The position numbers and the translations under genes were made by a program. A stretch of 64,000 nucleotides of DNA from contig OY820905.2 in assembly GCA_963555755.3 (NCBI GenBank), positions 2,976,001-3,040,000 of the forward strand. The letters are read 5' to 3'. The notes under the pieces are model-generated. The model was not told where the DNA came from. It worked only from the letters and a program-made list of their open reading frames with translations, and did no database searches. Shown here in pieces: positions 62,911 to 64,000 of the stretch. The stretch is from Nitrospirales bacterium. Its GTDB lineage: Bacteria; Nitrospirota; Nitrospiria; Nitrospirales; UBA8639. Position 1 is the first letter of the stretch. Each line of letters begins with the position of its first letter.

Positions 62911-63424
62911 ATGATTCGAAAGGTATTGTGAAATTTTTTCAATTATTCAACAGTCCCTTTACCCGAGTGGGGTGAAGAGTGATTTTTAATGAGCCGACCA
63001 CCTTGCGAACCTCTGGATTGCTCTTTGTCTTTTTCGGAAGAAACTGGATGAACTTTATGTAAGATCGTTTCAGGAAGAGGAATTGCCTAAGGGGAATAAA
63101 GTGTGAGTTCTTATTTGGGACTATTAAAAAATGCCGCCAACGGCGTTCTTATAGTTTGTTGCTGGTCATTCGTATTTTGGGATCTGTAATTCCCTCTTTC
63201 TTTTCCAGCGACGAGCGATGAACAACAGGTCCTCTGCTAACTTTAATTCGGCCTTTCCTTCGACAGGACGGCCTTTTTTAACCTGGATTCAGCAGTAGAA
63301 AATCACTACGGTGATGTCTAAGCTTTAGATAGATTCCAAATGGTGAAGAGATTTAATGAATTTTCTTCTCCAACCTGGCTGACCTGGTGTCCACGATGCT
63401 AAGATGTCCCCTTAGGAGGGACTT

Positions 63425-63742
63425 ATGGATATAAGCGTGTTTCGTGAGATGGTAGCCAAGAAGCCTGATGGATTTTTGGGACGATACGGTCTTGGGGATA
63501 AAATCATGCAGGGCGGCGAGAATTTTGAAGAAGCAGTGGAACATCTTCGTGTCGCTGTCGAACTCGATCCCGTGCATGTTGCCGCACACTTCGCGTTGGG
63601 TCGTGCGTTGGCAACCCTGGGAAGAAACGAGGAAGCCAAACAGGTACTCACCGCCGGAATTGACGCAGCCACATCAGGTCGTTCCAACGGAGGAGGGGAT
63701 CTCGTTCCCGAGATGCGCGCGTTAATCCAGAAGTTAGGATAA
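63425..63742 (+). CDS. Small TPR protein, paralogue of 57385-57714
   Basis: PD.FLGRYGLG...EEAV.HL..AV.LDP.H.AA...LGRAL; AGGAGG RBS. Confidence 0.85.
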   Translation: MDISVFREMVAKKPDGFLGRYGLGDKIMQGGENFEEAVEHLRVAVELDPVHVAAHFALGRALATLGRNEEAKQVLTAGIDAATSGRSNGGGDLVPEMRALIQKLG

Positions 63743-64000
63743 TCCTTAATCCCAGGTCCCACTCGGCTCTTATCGTGGAAGGCCTATTTCCCAGTTTTCC
63801 TTGATCCCTTGGTGGAAAACTTGTTGGCGCGCCTGTGTGCACAGAATCATTTCTTAAATCCCCTCGCCCCTGAAGGGGGAGAGGGCGAGGGTGAGGGGGG
63901 ATTTCGAGAACAACCCAAAGCTCTCAATTGCAAACCTGGTTCACAAATCCTTCACCTGCAAATACGCCTCATACCGCCGTTTAATTTCCTGAACGTATTT

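Overview
This is a bacterial window, probably from Nitrospirota (an inference from the gene families and the style of the palindromic MITEs), and it has four zones. (1) From 1 to 19 kb there are tandem accessory islands separated by three non-identical tRNA-Arg 3' halves. One island carries a candidate sphingolipid (ceramide) cluster: MMPL exporter, desaturase, Spt, bCerS-like acyltransferase, CerR-like reductase and CDP-alcohol phosphotransferase, split by an ISAs1::IS1595 nest. The next carries a four-gene higB / higA-ImmA / unknown / YjzC module beside an IS4 inserted in a poly-G tract. (2) From 19 to 36 kb is ordinary backbone: MscS, HD-GYP, delta-9 desaturase, dienelactone hydrolase, NhaP, GT2, cupredoxin and a GldA/F/G-DUF4340 ABC operon, the last gene broken by a second ISAs1 copy. 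(3) From 36 to about 54 kb, an initiator tRNA-Met is followed by a tyrosine integrase and a patchwork of single genes and gene fragments. These are separated by several families of short non-coding repeats: a covarying ~85-bp hairpin in 5 copies whose same end truncates genes, a ~125-nt terminator-ended structured RNA candidate, an attC half-site hit by IS110, and an ISCR-like oriIS. A group II intron sits inside a MITE inverted repeat. (4) From 55 to 64 kb are pyk, TPR and DUF5069 genes, MITEs and a decayed hybrid histidine kinase. The best candidates for undescribed biology are the hairpin-delimited gene patchwork and its ncRNA, the HigBA-peptidase four-gene module, the island-borne sphingolipid cluster with an MMPL exporter, and the DUF4338 (Mom/DruA-like) domains fused to two unrelated transposases. 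All calls come from reading the sequence; no searches were run.
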